From an uncultured delta proteobacterium (GTDB lineage: Bacteria; Myxococcota_A; Polyangia; Polyangiales; Polyangiaceae): DNA of 64,000 bases. The position numbers and the translations under genes are program-made. Below are positions 60,514 to 64,000 of this stretch, piece after piece; the stretch's first letter is position 1; each line of letters starts with the position of its first letter. Location: the NCBI GenBank assembly GCA_963806225.1, contig CAWDXG010000004.1, forward strand, positions 3,808,001 through 3,872,000, in the 5' to 3' direction. The notes beneath the pieces were generated by a model that ran no database searches, was not told the DNA's origin, and was given only the letters and a program-made list of their open reading frames with translations.

Positions 60514-61413
60514 TCAGGCAGAGCGGGGAGCCGGAATGGAAGGATGGAGAGAGCCGAGCGCCTGCGCAAGTGTCGCCGTGTGCGCTTCGGTGGTTCCGGC
60601 TCCTCCACCGATGATGCGCGCACCTCGCGCGTCAAGCTCCAGAGCGCGCTGGGCCCAGTGCCCCGCATCGGAGGCGTCCGGAAATCCGCGCACGCTGCCG
60701 GGTCCCCCGGCCAGCAGCACGCCGGGCGCGCTATTGCCGGAGACGGCCGCAAGATGGCGGAGCTGTTCGAGGCCGTTGTCGACGGAGGGGACCTCGAGCA
60801 GGACCGCTTCGGCCCCCGCCTGCTCGAGCGACTCCACGAGCGAGCCCAGGTCGCCTCCCGTCACCAGCTCGCCCCCGGGAAGACACTCCACCACCGCCCA
60901 GGTGGGGAGCTCCGTTTCAGCGGCAGCGATCACCGCGGCCATGAGGTCGAGCCGCGAGCCCTGGCCCCGCGCGATGATCAGCTCGACGCCCGCGGCGGCG
61001 ATGCGCTGCGCATGCTCGGCAAGCTCCTCGCGCTGGCGGTCGGCGGCAATCGAGCTGACCATGTCCGAACCCAGTACGCCCGCCACAGCGATGGGTTTCG
61101 AATTGGCCGATGCCGCTTCCAACGCCAGCTCGACAGCCAGGCCCGTGAGCGCGGCAGAGCGGTGCTCCATGCCGACCTCGGCGAGTGCACGGGGGGTAGT
61201 ATCGGCGGTCAGCGCGCTCAGCACGTCCACCCTGCTCTGCGCCTCGGCACGGTAGTGCGCCAGGACGTCAGCCGGGCGCTGCCTGAGCAGAAGCCCCACC
61301 GAGCCGGGGGTATCCAGCGCGACCCCGCGCGCGCGGAATGCCGCACAGGTGTCGGCGTCCACCACCAGGGGACGACCTTGGCGGAGGCGATGGCGGATGG
61401 CGTCGAAACTCAC
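60514..61413 (-). CDS. Homocysteine S-methyltransferase-like protein lacking the Zn-binding Cys residues
   Basis: LRQGRPLVVDA, RPADVLAHY, VAGVLG, AGVELI, ARIIGGGAGTT (for IGGCCGT). Confidence 0.75.
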   Translation of the reverse strand: MSFDAIRHRLRQGRPLVVDADTCAAFRARGVALDTPGSVGLLLRQRPADVLAHYRAEAQSRVDVLSALTADTTPRALAEVGMEHRSAALTGLAVELALEAASANSKPIAVAGVLGSDMVSSIAADRQREELAEHAQRIAAAGVELIIARGQGSRLDLMAAVIAAAETELPTWAVVECLPGGELVTGGDLGSLVESLEQAGAEAVLLEVPSVDNGLEQLRHLAAVSGNSAPGVLLAGGPGSVRGFPDASDAGHWAQRALELDARGARIIGGGAGTTEAHTATLAQALGSLHPSIPAPRSA

Positions 61414-61546
61414 AGCGTCGTTGCGGGGCAGCCCCCTCCCGGCCAAGCCGGAAGTTGGAGGGTCCCATAGCGTATCCGCATTTTTCGCCGCCTGGCCACC
61501 GACAACACCCAGCCCGGGCGCCGCGATCGGCGGAAATCCGCTCTGC

Positions 61547-62707
61547 CTACTGCGGAATGACCTTGGTGTCGCAGCCGAACTTGACCTGGACCTCGCCCTT
61601 CTTGGAGGCCTTGATCTCGGAGCAGCTCGCGGGACAGGCGATGACGGTGGTGGGCTTGTTGTCGTCGTCGTAGTACCAGCCGCCCTTCGGACCGCATTCC
61701 GCCTGCGACTTGACCTTGTAGAGCGTGTGCTGGGTCCCGCTGTCGTCGGTGAAGACGACATTGACCTTGCCCGGGTTGAAGGTCTGCCCTTGCGGCACCG
61801 GCGGAATCGCCCAATTGCAGGTGAGCGCCGTGCCGATCACGCCCTTGGCGAGCGCGTCGAACACCGGCTTGAAGTTCTGCAGGCACAGGTCGCCGGAGAC
61901 TCCGCCGGTCTGCGTGACCAGGTCCTTGTAGACGGTGCCGACCGTCGCCGCGCTGGGGCACTGCGAGTAGCAGAAGATGCCGTCGAACTTCCACAGGTTC
62001 GACTTGATCACGTTCGGGTCGAGTGCATTGAGCTTCTGCGTGAACTCGGCGGCGGGCATCGCCGAATTGTCGTCCGTGACGCTGACGAAGATCTTCGCCG
62101 AGTTCGGCCTGAGCTGCGCCTTCCACTGGGGATAGGTCGAGAGGATGAGCGACAGCGAGTCGGTGCTGCCCACGGTCTGGAAGATGTGGGCGAAGCGCGG
62201 CAGGTTCGTGTCGCCGGGGCACTGCCCGGAGCCGAGCGGCGCGTCGATACAGATGCCCTGGACGGGAAGCCCCGGGAAGAGCTGCTGGTACTGCTCGGCA
62301 ATCAGCACGATGTGGATGTCGACGCCCGCGTTCGCGATCTGGTTCGAGAACGCGTTCATGTTCTGGCGCACCTGCGCGGTCTCTTCCGTCATGCTGCACG
62401 AGGTGTCGATGGTCCAGATGACGTCGGCCGGCAGCACGGTGTTCTGCGCCTTCTGCGTGACACCGGCGCACGCTCCGCCGCTGCCACCGGAGCCCGTACC
62501 CGCTCCGGTCCCGCCGGTGCCGGGGTTGATGGCTCCGGTCCCGCCGGTGCCCGGATTGATGGCGCCGGTGCCGCCGCTGCCGCTTCCGCCCGCGCCCGTA
62601 CCGCCATTGGCTCCGACGTGACTACCCGTGGAGGTGGCCGAGCAGGAGAGCGCGAGCGCGCACGCCGAGAGCGCCGTGAAGAAGAGAGCTGAAGCACGCA
62701 TGAACAC
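61547..62707 (-). CDS. vWA-domain lipoprotein with a Cys-rich C-terminus
   Basis: ALSC lipobox; DTSCSM MIDAS; VTDD; GWYYDD..CPASC tail. Confidence 0.85.
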   Translation of the reverse strand: MFMRASALFFTALSACALALSCSATSTGSHVGANGGTGAGGSGSGGTGAINPGTGGTGAINPGTGGTGAGTGSGGSGGACAGVTQKAQNTVLPADVIWTIDTSCSMTEETAQVRQNMNAFSNQIANAGVDIHIVLIAEQYQQLFPGLPVQGICIDAPLGSGQCPGDTNLPRFAHIFQTVGSTDSLSLILSTYPQWKAQLRPNSAKIFVSVTDDNSAMPAAEFTQKLNALDPNVIKSNLWKFDGIFCYSQCPSAATVGTVYKDLVTQTGGVSGDLCLQNFKPVFDALAKGVIGTALTCNWAIPPVPQGQTFNPGKVNVVFTDDSGTQHTLYKVKSQAECGPKGGWYYDDDNKPTTVIACPASCSEIKASKKGEVQVKFGCDTKVIPQ

Positions 62708-62855
62708 CTCGTCGCCCGAGCCGGGACGGGATCCAGACTATGCGGCGATCACCTTCCGCGCAACGCGCGGCAATTTCGCAGCGCGTCGAAGCCAGCGCCG
62801 CGGCGTCTTCGGTAGGGGAGCTCGATTTCACCCAGAAGCTGCGTTCCTGCGTTCC

Positions 62856-63620
62856 TCAGCCCCAGTAGCGAACAGCCAGCACGCCGCTCAACACGACGCC
62901 TATCGCCACGACCAACCAGCGAACCTTCTGCGGATCGACGCGACGTGCGAGCGCGGCCCCGCCAAAACCGCCGCTCAGCGATCCCACCAACATGGCGCCC
63001 GCGGCTGGCAGGTGTGCCGCACCCCGTGACAGGAAGTAGACGGCTGCCACGCCGTTCAGACCGCCGGTTATGACGGTCTTCATCGCGTTCATCTGGTGGA
63101 TGCTCATGCGATGCAGCAAGGCCAGGAGCGCCAACGTGATGATGCCGATGCCCGCTCCAAAATAGCCGCCGTACACCGCCATCACGGCGAGGCCCAGCGC
63201 TACCCCCACGACGCGAGCGCGCGTCGAGCTGCCGCCGGCAGCCGCCGCCTTGCGCCAGAGCACGTCCTTGAGCACGAGCGTGAGGGTCGCGCCGAGCACC
63301 AACCACGGCACCACCAGCTCGAACACCCGCGGCGGCGCCGCCAGGAGCAGCGTCGCGCCCGCGAGCCCCCCGACCGCGGCGGGAGCCGTGAGCAGGAGCG
63401 CGAGCCGTGCATTGCCGGTGAGCTCACGGCGATACGCCCACGCGGAGGCCAACACGCCCGGCGCCAGAGCAACCGTGTTGGTGGCGCTCGCGGTGACCGG
63501 CGAGAGTCCGGCTGCCACGGCCGCAGGCCACGAGATCAGCGAGCCTCCGCCCGCGACCGAGTTGATGGCGCCGGCGAGGACCGCCGCGAGCGCGAGCAGC
63601 ACGAGACGCGAGGGGTCCAT
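62856..63620 (-). CDS. TauE/SafE sulfite exporter family protein
   Basis: AGAINSVAGGGSLI, ASATNTVAL, YGGYFGAGIGI, NAMK. Confidence 0.9.
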   Translation of the reverse strand: MDPSRLVLLALAAVLAGAINSVAGGGSLISWPAAVAAGLSPVTASATNTVALAPGVLASAWAYRRELTGNARLALLLTAPAAVGGLAGATLLLAAPPRVFELVVPWLVLGATLTLVLKDVLWRKAAAAGGSSTRARVVGVALGLAVMAVYGGYFGAGIGIITLALLALLHRMSIHQMNAMKTVITGGLNGVAAVYFLSRGAAHLPAAGAMLVGSLSGGFGGAALARRVDPQKVRWLVVAIGVVLSGVLAVRYWG

Positions 63621-63769
63621 TCCGGCTCCAGGTCATAGCGCGAATGACGCCCGACCATCGGCCGCCGTTTCCCTGCCAGATACGCGATAGCTCTGAACAG
63701 ATGCGCAGATAGTAATAAACAGTGGCAGGCTCGCCCACAGACCCCTCAGGACGCGGGAAGAGGGGCGAC

Positions 63770-64000
63770 ATGGGGCGGCGAATCATTGTCTATCCGCAGG
63801 GGCTGGCGACGGAGGCAGAGCGGGAGCACTGCGACGCGCTCGCGCACTTCTGTGGCGGGGACCTCCAGCGTGTCTTCGAGCGCTCCGGCCGGTCGCTGGC
63901 CACCTTCCTCGACTACGCGGCGCGCCTGAGGGTGATGCACGACCGCCGTGCAGAGGCCCTGGTCGTGCTCACCCGGACCGACCCGCTCACCCTGTTGCTG
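63770..64000 (+). CDS. Hypothetical protein, 5' partial
   Basis: GAGGGG RBS; MGRRIIVYPQG.. open to the window end. Confidence 0.5.
   Translation, partial: MGRRIIVYPQGLATEAEREHCDALAHFCGGDLQRVFERSGRSLATFLDYAARLRVMHDRRAEALVVLTRTDPLTLLL

Noticed and set aside
62495..62605. GGTGAINPGT and other Gly/Thr repeats
   Set aside because: Ordinary low-complexity linker of myxobacterial lipoproteins

Overview
High-GC bacterial DNA, most consistent with a Polyangiales-like myxobacterium (MYXO-CTERM tail, Cys-rich and vWA lipoproteins, Ser/Thr kinase-like proteins, sigma-54 promoters). About 50 genes, including groES-groEL with a perfect CIRCE operator, a non-canonical Hsp70, an ECF sigma/anti-sigma locus, a GH25 muramidase, an ArnT-like glycosyltransferase, c-di-GMP/cAMP enzymes, a tandem KAS III pair, an MBOAT, tandem FadL-like channels, an acyl-CoA dehydrogenase and a gshA-type ligase. 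A decayed class C group II intron sits directly after the groEL terminator, followed by a patchwork of regulator remnants. Several single-base frameshifts (dense at about 27.6-33.8 kb) are probably long-read assembly errors. Best candidates for undescribed systems: (1) ECF sigma + zinc anti-sigma + STN-like/bactofilin-like inner-membrane protein; (2) tandem FadL + Cys-rich beta-propeller lipoprotein with a divergent variant metallo-beta-lactamase; (3) a sigma-54-driven active/inactive KAS III pair; (4) an uncharacterised gene pair divergent from groES. No tRNA, rRNA or CRISPR array was seen. All domain calls come from motif recognition by eye; no database search was run.
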